The notes: generated by a model from the sequence alone, not told the origin. A stretch of 63,853 nucleotides of DNA, filler included, from Octopus bimaculoides (GCF_001194135.2; 6 parts of 5 records of this genome joined end to end with filler, not necessarily neighbours in it), one strand, 5' to 3'; numbered from the whole stretch's first letter, positions 1-10,502 are shown. A program made the numbers and translations.

Positions 1-18
1 GGAGGAGGAGGAGGAGGA

Positions 19-538
19 ATACCCTGGTGCAATATCAGGCACTGGTTCTCATGGCTTCTTAAATGACTTGAAGTGTTAACATGTACATGTTTTGTCTTGG
101 TATACAACAAATATTCGACTCAATACTATAGATTTGCTTGTCAGTTGTTTGACCATAACCAGTTAAGTATCTCCTTAATGGCTAACGATATGTGCATCTT
201 TGATCACGAGCAGAGATAGCAGGGGAACACCAAAGCCATGTGTTGAGGGGGATTCTTTAGAGGTTGAATAAATCACCTCTGGAAATATGGATATTTCGTT
301 CATCTTTAAACACTTTTCGAGCGGGATGGGCTACTCGACCTGAAGACAATTCTAACTAGATGCTACATGCAAGATCATACGCTAGTTATCTCGATATGAG
401 GTTACCATGTCGCGCACATACGGTCGTGGTGCATGTGCCTGGTTTACCATTAACAAACTGGTAGTCATGATGGGCATATTGGGTTTGGTATATTTGTACC
501 CCAACGTTGCTTTGAAGGCATGCGCTACCCTCTCATTC
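19..538. repeat. Interspersed repeat ending in (AAT)n; class unresolved (possible LINE UTR or non-autonomous element)
   Basis: Positions about 320-500 match the reverse complement of 28726-28885 (roughly 75% by eye); the repeat terminates directly in (AAT)n. Confidence 0.65.

Positions 539-594
<56 letters not shown>
539..594. repeat. (AAT)n microsatellite
   Basis: Perfect trinucleotide run. Confidence 0.99.
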
Positions 595-595
<1 letters not shown>

Positions 596-1187
596 CTTTT
601 AAATTGAGTGCAGTGTTGTGCATATGAATAAGGGTGACCAAGATTGAATAGATGAAGCTGAGATATAAACTAGAGAATTCTCAATTAAAGAACTCAATGT
701 CATTTTAATTTTAAACTTTTCTTAAATGGAAAGCAGACGATAATGGATATAGATACGAGAGATAGATGCGAATCAGAAGACTAGTTAAAAATAACAGTCA
801 GCTGCTAGAGAGAATCATGCACAAAAAGAAAGAAAATACATTGAAAGAAATTTATGTTCTCTCTTTTTTTATTTACCATTATATAAGATACACGAAAACT
901 ACTTAATTTTTTTATGTAAGTCAATAAACTCGTAAAACTACATCTAATTCATTTATTTCCTTCTTTACTTATATCAATATTCATAGGTTTGTTTTCATAC
1001 GATATTTCTGGAAGTTGAAGTTATGGTATTTTGCGAAGTCTGAATAACAATCGCTGATTTTACTCGTCGATTACTGCGGGTTTAAACAACGCAGTGTTTT
1101 CCGGCTGGCATTGCCAGCAGTGATCGTAATATTCTTACATTATTTACATTTGACGGATATTTGTCCTCATCTTGTTTGTCGATAACA

Positions 1188-1224
1188 CGTTTCGGTTGAT
1201 ATACCCTCCAGCCTTCATCAGGTT
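1188..1224 (-). ncRNA. Degenerate hammerhead-like motif
   Basis: Minus strand CTGATGA-A-GGCTG..CAACC-GAAAC; helix II has one mismatch; helices I and III are not clean. Confidence 0.35.
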
Positions 1225-1292
1225 TCTTGGAGAAATTTTGAACCTGGGTTCTCACTCTTTAAGTATTTTTCGATATTATTATTATTATTATT

Positions 1293-1583
1293 TTATGTTT
1301 GACTTTTGTTTTGCATTTGTACAAGTTGGATCCAAGTCTCACCCAGAGACCTCAAGAGACAACAAGTTAGAAGTTCATGTAGGTGTTATGCCTAGGGTAC
1401 CATATATTTGGATTTGTACAGTTTTGTTCAAGTGAATGTTTAAGAAACCATAAGAAAATTATGTGTTTGCTTTAAAATTTGAGATCACATAGACAGTATT
1501 TTACGTAGGATATGGACAGTTCCCATGAGCACTATCTTTTGAACTTCAGCCATTTTGGGGTTTCCTGGAATCTGATCTAGGTA
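1293..1583 (-). mobile_element. R4/Dong-like non-LTR retrotransposon 3' end (ORF C-terminus plus 3'UTR)
   Basis: Minus-strand YLDQIPGNPKMAEVQKIVLMGTVHILRKILSM* fits the R4/Dong C-terminal Q-x3-LGT-x-ILRK pattern; 3' end abuts (TAA)n at 1274-1292; the same terminus recurs at 23893. Confidence 0.85.
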
Positions 1584-1997
1584 NNNNNNNNNNNNNNNNN
1601 NNNNNNNNNNNNNNNNNNNNNNNNNNNNNNNNNNNNNNNNNNNNNNNNNNNNNNNNNNNNNNNNNNNNNNNNNNNNNNNNNNNNNNNNNNNNNNNNNNNN
1701 NNNNNNNNNNNNNNNNNNNNNNNNNNNNNNNNNNNNNNNNNNNNNNNNNNNNNNNNNNNNNNNNNNNNNNNNNNNNNNNNNNNNNNNNNNNNNNNNNNNN
1801 NNNNNNNNNNNNNNNNNNNNNNNNNNNNNNNNNNNNNNNNNNNNNNNNNNNNNNNNNNNNNNNNNNNNNNNNNNNNNNNNNNNNNNNNNNNNNNNNNNNN
1901 NNNNNNNNNNNNNNNNNNNNNNNNNNNNNNNNNNNNNNNNNNNNNNNNNNNNNNNNNNNNNNNNNNNNNNNNNNNNNNNNNNNNNNNNNNNNNNNNN

Positions 1998-2110
1998 GAG
2001 AGACAGACAGACAGACAAACAGGCAGGTAGGCAGGCAGGTAGGCAGGCAGGCAGACAGACAGACACAGACAGACAGAGGGAGAGGGAGAGACAGACAGAG
2101 AGAGAGAGAT
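1998..2110. repeat. Compound (GACA)/(GGCA)/(GA) microsatellite
   Basis: Direct reading. Confidence 0.9.
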
Positions 2111-2315
2111 GAGGGGTTTTGGTATCCAGAAGATCCAAAAGCAAGTAAAGCTATTTAAGTGCTACGAAAGGACCGTTGTTAGACTCCTGGTTCGATAATT
2201 GTATGAGTGAGGAGTCTAATGCGGGGGCTGTTGTGAGCGTGTATATGTTAAATAAAATGCGACAACAAAGCCAAGGCAGTGTAAAATTTCTTAGACATTT
2301 ATAAAGAGAAAGTTA

Positions 2316-2363
2316 GCCTTACAGCTGTTTCAGGGATATAAAAGATATCCCATCATCAGAGAC
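2316..2363 (-). ncRNA. Minimal type I hammerhead ribozyme motif
   Basis: GTCT-CTGATGA-T-GGGATAT/ATATCCC-T-GAAA-C-AGCT-GTA-AGGC; perfect 7 bp helix II; helix I has one G.U pair. Confidence 0.75.
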
Positions 2364-2660
2364 GGTATGAGAGATTTTACACAAGATCACTTTGAATGAA
2401 CAGTACAGAGAATTAATATCTGCTTACTATCTATTTCTAGTAACAAAATATGAACTCCTATCGGAATTTACATACCATGGACAAGAAGCCTCTTTACCCA
2501 TTCTACACAGCACATTCCTTGGATAACGGAACAGCAACTTTAACTTCCAACATATATTTTTATTCTTATATTTCCCTTTATACTTCCTATATCTCTCCAT
2601 TTTCAAAATAACTTCTTATATTGAACTCTACTATTTCCTTCTATTTAACTCTCTCATACC

Positions 2661-2708
2661 GTCTCTGATGATGGGATATCTTTTATATCACTGAAACAGC
2701 TGTAAGAC
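2661..2708 (+). ncRNA. Minimal type I hammerhead ribozyme motif
   Basis: GTCT-CTGATGA-T-GGGATAT/ATATCAC-T-GAAA-C-AGCT-GTA-AGAC; helix I GTCT/AGAC; palindromic ACAGCTGT; predicted cleavage after A2704. Confidence 0.8.
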
Positions 2709-3027
2709 TACCTTTTTTCTTTATAAATATCCTAGAAGTTCTGTTTGTCCGTCTGGGACCCCTATATCTCAGTCTACATTTGCTCTAAATAGCCATATTA
2801 TACCTTTTTGGAATCAGGATGATCCCGGAATTGAAAATCTGCCTTCATTTGGTTCTTGAACATCCAGCATTGGGATAAGGTCTGGATGAGGATTTCTTAT
2901 ATGCTAACAGTTGAAAATTCAAATTTTAAAAGAACTCCCAAAATGTGTTCATTTAAACTGAATTTAAAGTAATACCATATTGGTAGGGTACCAACAAATG
3001 CTTTATTATCATTATTGCTCTCTTTAG

Positions 3028-3451
3028 ATTTGGGCTGCAGGCCCACTTAGCCCTCCGCAGGATCTAGTTGAAAAGTGCGCACGGAGTGCAGCTTTTAAGC
3101 TAGTATATNNNNNNNNNNNNNNNNNNNNNNNNNNNNNNNNNNNNNNNNNNNNNNNNNNNNNNNNNNNNNNNNNNNNNNNNNNNNNNNNNNNNNNNNNNNN
3201 NNNNNNNNNNNNNNNNNNNNNNNNNNNNNNNNNNNNNNNNNNNNNNNNNNNNNNNNNNNNNNNNNNNNNNNNNNNNNNNNNNNNNNNNNNNNNNNNNNNN
3301 NNNNNNNNNNNNNNNNNNNNNNNNNNNNNNNNNNNNNNNNNNNNNTACTGATATATATTAGAGACATACACAATACTACGGTTAAATTTAAATTAAAAAT
3401 ACTGGAAGAGTTCGTCCATAATATTGAAGGGCTGGAAAATGGAGAATCTAC
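3028..3451 (+). CDS. Candidate coding exon(s) of an unknown gene, split by a gap
   Basis: Acceptor ctctctttag at 3027, then open frame IWAAGPLSPPQDLVEKCARSAAFKLVY up to the gap; after the gap open frame LIYIRDIHNTTVKFKLKILEEFVHNIEGLENGES ending at a GTAAGT donor (3452); no homolog recognised. Confidence 0.2.
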
Positions 3452-3548
3452 GTAAGTTAGTGGTACCAAGGAAATGTGTCATGGTAATATTCAAATTTTT
3501 TTCAGGTCTGATTTGTGGTTATGCGTCGTATATGTCCATATACACACA

Positions 3549-3585
<37 letters not shown>

Positions 3586-3665
3586 ACACACACACATATG
3601 TATATATAATACATACACACACACACAAACACACATGTATGTGTGTGCGTGGATGTTGTGAAGAT

Positions 3666-3908
3666 GCGTGGTTGAGTAGTAAGAATATTCAGCGTGAGTT
3701 CGATTTCGGGCGACACGTTGACGTTGTATCCTTGAGCAAGACACTTTATTTCACATTGCTCCTATCCACTCAGCTGACAAAAGAAATAGTGTAATACCTG
3801 TATTTCAAAGGGCCAGCCTTATCACTTTAATTTCACGAACAGGCTGCTGAGTTTCTGTTGATAGGATCAATTGGAACCCTGCTTATCGTAACCGACAGAG
3901 TGCCAGTT
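3666..3908 (+). mobile_element. SINE family V (internally deleted), tail type 1
   Basis: B-box-like GAGTTCGATTTC; CCTTGAGCAAGACACTTTATTTCAC domain; tail GTAACCGACAGAGTGCC. Confidence 0.8.
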
Positions 3909-4101
3909 ATACATCCCTCAGTCAAAACATGTCGAACCGGTGTCGCAAAGTAGGCTCATCAAACTAATATGATGTCAAGCTCAAATTCACGGCCTCCACA
4001 TCAGACAGTGGTTGGTGGAGAGAACATGTTGAGGTTCATGTGCTGCAGTAGGCAATCCAATCCAATACATACATGCACACACACACACATAAACAGGAAC
4101 T

Positions 4102-4410
4102 AACTGGCACTCCACTGGTTACGACTACGAGGGTTCCAGCTGATCCGATCAACGTGAAATTAAAGTGCAAGTGTACTCTTAACGTACAAACACGTGTACT
4201 CTTAACGTAGTTCTCTAGAAAGTTCAGCGTGACACAGGAATGTGACAAGGCTAGCTCTTTGAAATACAGGTACTACTCATTTTTGCCAGCTGAGTGGACT
4301 GGAACAACGTAAAATAAAGTGTCTTGCTCGAGGACACAACGCGTCGCCGGGAATTAAACTCACGACGGTACGACCGTTAGCCGAATACTCTAACCACTAA
4401 GCTATGCGCC
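4102..4410 (-). mobile_element. SINE family V, tail type 1
   Basis: Reverse complement of 3666-3908, with tRNA-like head (A box TAGCTTAGTGG). Confidence 0.85.
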
Positions 4411-5057
4411 TTTACACACACACACATAGTAACTGTGTTGATTGCTTTCTATGTCTGTTATTGGCGCAATAGTGTATGCATATCTATATCCTTTTCTTGT
4501 TGATTGATTTCAAATCAAACTGTGTGATTTGAAGCAGATTTGCATATTATTTCTAACTGATCGGGTGACCATGTAGAGGATTCCCCTGTCGAATTAAGTG
4601 TGTGGCCTCTATCAAAGGCAAACCATCCTGAAAAGACTGTCATTGAACAAGGATGTGATGAAGACTTCTGATTGTGTGTGTGTGTTTTGGTTTGACAGAG
4701 AGTGAAAGATAAAGATAAAGAGAGAGAGAGAGTATTATGAATAGTTGTGAGAGACACGTTAATTATTAATACATGGCATATCGGGTAGAGGTTGGGGTTT
4801 AAACACTTTCACATTTCAATGAAATTATTTCTTAGAAACTTTCTGGCCTTTAGCTAGTTTGCTTTATAAAAAGAAAAAGAAAAAAAGAAACAATCTCCTT
4901 ATGACTAATCTGCTTTATTTCTGTAACCTTACAAAGCATTAGTCAACTTTGCCATGTTTTTTTTGTAAATGGAGGCTTTCTTTATTCATCTGTTTAAAAT
5001 TACGATACAAAACAGCTTATGTTTGCAATGATAACCAGAGGATTGTTAATAATAGTG

Positions 5058-5116
<59 letters not shown>

Positions 5117-5516
5117 GAAGACAGAGAGAGGGCAGTGGGTGGCAGAAACGGTGGAGTGGAGTACTAAATGTTACTATGGCACTTAGCCATATCTTTTTAG
5201 TTATGTTCTAAGTTCAAATCACACCTCGACCAGATTTGAATTTCTGGGCGTTATAGAAAATAAAAGAACTAGAAATGCATTGAAATTCATTTAATCGAAT
5301 TTACATACGCGTACCCTCTGCCAATGTTAAGGGTTTATCATTGTTCTGGTCTAGACACTTGGTCAGCCCTTATTTAAAAGGCCTTGGTGTGTACAATATA
5401 CAACTTGGTGTGACACGCAGATCTATTGCTTCACATACCATATCTTGCAAACATCAGGCTTTCTCTTTAAGCATGCAATTTACCTGAAAGATTGAGTCTT
5501 AATGTCTTAAAATTAT

Positions 5517-5721
5517 AAGCAGTGAGCTGGCAGAATCGTTAGCACACCGAGCAGAATGCTTTTGTTCGTTCATACGTTCTGAGTTCAAATTCCACCAAGG
5601 TCGACTTTGCCTTTCATTCCTTCAGGATCGATAAAATAAGTACCAGTTAGATACTGGGGATCGATATAATCGACTTAGCCCCTCCGCCGATATAACTGAC
5701 CCTGTGCCAATATTTGAAACC
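5517..5721 (+). mobile_element. SINE family M with 16 bp target-site duplication
   Basis: Head GAGCTGGCAGAATCGTTAGC; M domain; flanked by identical AATGTCTTAAAATTAT at 5501-5516 and 5722-5737. Confidence 0.9.
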
Positions 5722-6476
5722 AATGTCTTAAAATTATCCACCTTTTATTTTCTTTAAAATGTCCTTCACAATTGCTGCAAGGCTTTTGCTTTGTTTCTCG
5801 ATTTTTTTGTTCCTTTTAACATTAAGTCTAGAGGAGAGGCAACGTCCAAGACTTTTTATAGGACCTCTGAGAATACTAGAAGAAGAGAAGAGTGGTATCT
5901 TCAAACCAGAGATCTAGCATGAGTACTTGCAACAGATTGAACTCTGTTAAAGGCTCCCAAAGCCAACACTGCACCCCTAGCACGCTACCACAGAATTTGA
6001 ACTCAGAAAGCAAGGAGACGTAATAAAATAATACACCTGGAACGATGTTCTACCAATCCATTACATGAGAGTGACACTTTTTATTGACCCCGAAAGGGAT
6101 GAAAAGCAAAATTGAGCTCAGCGGCGCACAGACTTGGAACATCTACCGCGAGGTACTCTATTTGAAGATACTAAGAGATAAATTACTGTTAATTAAGAAT
6201 GTTTGGTATGACTAGTAGAAAGCTACATTGTGTACTTTTCTACAAAGGATGCTTTTCTCCCGCTCTTCTTATTTTGTGTTTTTATATACCCGCACGTCCT
6301 GGTGGTTGACAGAGGTAAGTTAGATGAATTCGGTCAGTACTGCTGTCGCGGTTCCTCTATACTAATCATTCATTGGTGGTATACATCCCAGCACAATGCG
6401 GTGATGATGATGGTGTTGATGATGATGATGATGATGACGACGACGACGGCGGCAACGATGTTGTTGCTATTTGTGT

Positions 6477-6573
<97 letters not shown>

Positions 6574-6960
6574 GATTATCTGAACCTAGTGGGAGAGACA
6601 GTGTTCTTTAGACGGTCCTATAGGCATTGTAAATATGTCTGGTTGTTTGGGTAAGAAGGAGGATGACTGTGTGGGTTGAAGCTTTCTCTGGCTATAAGCT
6701 GTGCCCATCGCATGTCCTGGTGGTCTTTTATTTTTAGTTTCTTTGTTTCGTCGCAGAGACAGTGCAAGAGAGTGTAAACTGCAATGCAGCCTGTGATGAT
6801 GCCAAATGTAATTTTCTGCATTCTTTGTACTTTGTTCTCTGATTTATTGTGCAAAAACTGGGATCTTAGACATAATGAATCTAAGATATTCTTTGCACTC
6901 TAATTTTGTTGTTGTTGCTGCTAGTGAAGTTGTTGGTGCTGTTGTTGTTTAATCCCATGA

Positions 6961-7232
6961 AGGCATGTAGCTTAGAGGTTAAGGTATTCAGTTCACGATA
7001 GTAAGGCGCGTTGTGTCCTTGAGCAAGGCACTTTATTTCCCTTTGCTCCAGGTCACTCAGCTGACATAAATGAGTTGTACCTGTAATTCAAAGGAACAGT
7101 TTTGTCATATTCTGTGTCACGCCGAATCGCCCTGAGAACTGCCTTAAAGTTACTTGCACATTAATTTCACGAGCAGGCTGTTCTGTTGATCGAATCAAAT
7201 CGAACCCACGAGGTCGTAACCGACGGAGTGTC
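6961..7232 (+). mobile_element. SINE family V, tail type 1
   Basis: CCTTGAGCAAGGCACTTTATTTC domain and GTCGTAACCGACGGAGTG tail. Confidence 0.75.
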
Positions 7233-7668
7233 GGTTGTTTAACCCCGGTCGACTTTGACTAAACAAATTGCAATTTAAGTAGATTAAAGTCTTACGAGTC
7301 ATAATTATTCCATCTTGTTTTCAGGAATGATGTGGCTAAAACCACATTATTCAACGTCCCTTCCTTCACTTTTATTTAAAATAGCTGGGTTTGACTTGAG
7401 AGAGATTTGGTTACTATTTCTAGCAAATCGAGTGACCACATAGACACCCGCCGGTTAACTCATGTCGATTAATGTTATTTATATGTTGACAAAATACGAT
7501 GGCTATGTGTGTGTGTATGTGTGTGTGTGTGTGTGTGTNNNNNNNNNNNNNNNNNNNNNNNNNNNNNNNNNNNNNNNNNNNNNNNNNNNNNNNNNNNNNN
7601 NNNNNNNNNNNNNNNNNNNNNNNNNNNNNNNNNNNNNNNNNNNNNNNNNNNNNNNNNNNNNNNNNNNN

Positions 7669-7699
<31 letters not shown>

Positions 7700-7744
7700 A
7701 CAGTGTTTTTTCCTTTTTGTTTCTTTTCTCTGTACTTATACATT

Positions 7745-7912
7745 GGCGCAGTCATGGCTATGTAGCAAAGAAATTCGCTTGGCAAACACGTCGATTAAGT
7801 ATAGTGCCACTGCACGGCACCTTGGGCAAGTGCCTTCAACTATAACCCTGACCGACCAATGCCTGGTGAGAAAATTTGATAGAGGGAAATTGTGTGAAAG
7901 TCCATCACATAT
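7745..7912 (+). mobile_element. SINE family C, 5' half
   Basis: GGCGCAGTCATGGCT head; GGCACCTTGGGCAAGTGCCTTC CORE-like domain; runs into (TATG)n. Confidence 0.75.
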
Positions 7913-7923
7913 ATGTATGTATG

Positions 7924-8260
7924 TCATTATTCAGTTTTATTTCAAGAGTCCTTGCCAATAGAGATAGAGCCGGTTTCTAAACTAGATCCAAGACTCCTTC
8001 ATTGGAATGTCAACATCAACGACGGTATTTTTATGTATGTATGTATGTATGTATGTATGTATGTATGTATGTATGTATACGTGCAGCATGCATATACCTG
8101 CATATCTAGACGTGCTCGTATATACTTAAATGATAAACTTCTGGAAAGTTTTACTGATTTTTACTGTTCCAGTGATGGTTTGGATCTGTAGTCTCCGAAT
8201 CAGCTTTCTCCTTTCTGATTTTGAGAAGGCTAATTTCTCAAGATTGGTACTTAGGCAGTG
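7924..8260 (-). mobile_element. R4/Dong-like LINE 3' end, (CATA)n-associated family, copy 1
   Basis: Minus frame ends ..GTVKISKTFQKFII*; 3'UTR ends CTGAATAATGA then (CATA)n; internal (CATA)n at 8031-8078. Confidence 0.8.
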
Positions 8261-8290
8261 TGTGTGCATGTATGTATGTATGTATGTATG

Positions 8291-8630
8291 TCATTGTTCA
8301 GTTTTATTTCAAGATTTCTAGCCAATATCGAAAGAGTCGGTTTCTAACCTAGATTCAGGGGTCATTCATTGAAATCTCAATATCATCAACAGGATATTTT
8401 TGTTTGTATGTATTTGTGCAGATTTGTATGTTTTGCTTTATGTATGTCTTCTCACGCATATAGTTGCATATCTAGACATACTCATATATATTGAAATGAT
8501 AAACTTCTGGAAAGTTTTACAGATTTTCACAGTTCCAGTGATGGGTTGAATCTGTAGTTTTCGAATCAACTTTCTCCTTTCTGGTTTTGAGAAGCCTAAT
8601 TTCTTAAGATTGGTACTTAGGCAGTGTGTG
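8291..8630 (-). mobile_element. R4/Dong-like (CATA)n family, copy 2 (recombinant of copies 1 and 3)
   Basis: Identical to copy 3 over 8291-8611, then identical to the junction of copy 1. Confidence 0.85.
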
Positions 8631-8668
8631 TGCATGTATGTATGTATGTATGTATGTATGTATGTATG

Positions 8669-9136
8669 TCATTGTTCAGTTTTATTTCAAGATTTCTAGC
8701 CAATATCGAAAGAGTCGGTTTCTAACCTAGATTCAGGGGTCATTCATTGAAATCTCAATATCATCAACAGGATATTTTTGTTTGTATGTATTTGTGCAGA
8801 TTTGTATGTTTTGCTTTATGTATGTCTTCTCACGCATATAGTTGCATATCTAGACATACTCATATATATTGAAATGATAAACTTCTGGAAAGTTTTACAG
8901 ATTTTCACAGTTCCAGTGATGGGTTGAATCTGTAGTTTTCGAATCAACTTTCTCCTTTCTGGTTTTGAGAAGCCTAATTTCTTAAGATTAGTATTTAGGC
9001 AATGTTTTACATACCCAGAGGCCCAATAATTACAAGTATACACCTGAACTTATAATCTGGATAGAGTAACTGCAGATTTCTCAATAGTTCAGCGTAGGTA
9101 TTCTCTTTTTCACTGGTCTTCAGGTTTATGCTAACA
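8669..9136 (-). mobile_element. R4/Dong-like (CATA)n family, copy 3 (longest)
   Basis: VSINLKTSEKENTYAELLRNLQLLYPDYKFRCILVIIGPLG / frameshift / YVKHCLNTNLKKLGFSKPERRKLIRKLQIQPITGTVKICKTFQKFII matches the C-terminal part of the RLE domain (K..EK..Y..L..L ... IIG.LG ... LQ...GT..I). Confidence 0.85.
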
Positions 9137-9250
9137 TGTATGTATGTATGTATGTATGTATGTATGTATGTATGTATGTATGTATGAGTACATGTGTGTG
9201 TGTGTGTGCATGTACGTATGTATGTATGTATGCATGCATATGTGAATATA

Positions 9251-9410
9251 GGTGCAGATGTAGCCGTGTGATAAGAAGTTTGCTTCCCAACATGGTCCAA
9301 GATACCACTGCGTGGTACCTTGGACAAGTGTCTTCTACTGTAGACCCGAGCTGACTGATCAAAGCCTTATCAGTGGATTTGGTAAACGGAAACTGAGAGA
9401 AGCCTGTCGG

Positions 9411-9490
<80 letters not shown>

Positions 9491-9720
9491 GTGCACGTGT
9501 ATCTTTGGGTTCGTGTTTGTCCCCTACCACCGCTTGACATCCGGTGTTGGTTTGTTTAGGTCCCCATGACAATAACTGGTTCGGCAAAAGTGGCCGATAG
9601 AATAAATACCAGACATAAAAAATATATAATGGAATCAATCTGTTTGATTAAACTCTTCCAGGCGATGCCCCAACATAGCTGCGATCCCATAACTGAAACA
9701 GGTAAATAATAATAAAAGAA
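9251..9720 (+). mobile_element. SINE family C, full length, with internal (TG)n
   Basis: Head, CORE-like domain, (TG)n at 9412-9485, tail GGTTCGGCAAAAG..ACTGAAACAGGTAAA. Confidence 0.85.
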
Positions 9721-9847
9721 ACTCTTGCCCTGGCTTCAGCCTGTGCTTATATTGTTCTATCGTTACGTCGTGCTGGCAGTTACGGGTAATGATTTTTTAT
9801 ATTCTTTGCTGTTATAGGCAAACAGGAATAACATCAAGAATAATATC

Positions 9848-10502
9848 GGTTTGGCACAAGGCCAGCAATTTCTGAGGACGGAGTAAGTCGATTAGATCGA
9901 CCCCAGGATTTCACTGGTACCTATTTTATCGATCCTGAAAGGATAAAAGACAAAGTCGACCATGATGGCATTTGAACCCAGATCGTAAAGACGGGCGAAA
10001 GGCCGCTAAGCATTCTGCCCTGTGAGGTAGCGATTCTACCAGCTCGCAGCCTTAATATCAAGAATAATATCCTTTCTAATAAAGGAACCAGGCCTGAAAT
10101 GTTGGTGGGAGGGGACTAACCGATTACATCGATCCCAGTGTTTCACTGGTACTTAATTCATCGACCCGAAAAGGATGAAAAACAAAGTCGACCTCAGTGG
10201 AATTTGAACTCAGAACGTGGAGACAGATGAAATACCGCTAAGAATTTCGTCCAGCGTGCTAACGATTCTTCTTTCTTTGTTGCCCACAAGGGGCTACACA
10301 CAGAGGGCACAAACAAGGACAGACAAAAGGATTAAGTCGACTACATCGACCCCAGTGCATAACTGGTACTTTACTTATCGACCCCGAAAGGATGACAGGC
10401 AAAGTCGACCTCAGCGAAATTTGAACTCAGAACATGGAGTCAGATGAAATACCGATAAGCATCTCAACCAGCGTGCTAACGATTCTGCCAGCTCACCACT
10501 TT
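9848..10502 (-). mobile_element. Three stacked SINE family M copies
   Basis: M domain repeated at about 9920-9960, 10150-10200 and 10370-10415, each with a different 3' tail. Confidence 0.9.

Larger units (their letters stand above)
2179..2740. mobile_element. Non-autonomous PLE-type element: small hairpin plus inverted HHR-bearing arms
   Basis: Arms 2284-2373 and 2651-2740 are reverse complements; hairpin TTAGACTCCT..AGGAGTCTAA at 2179-2219; homologous copy at 37781-38309. Confidence 0.7.

Noticed and set aside
6757-6810. Strong polypyrimidine acceptor followed by a Cys-rich frame (TVQESVNCNAACDDAKC)
   Set aside because: Weak donor, no recognisable homolog and a short frame; indistinguishable from chance without RNA data.
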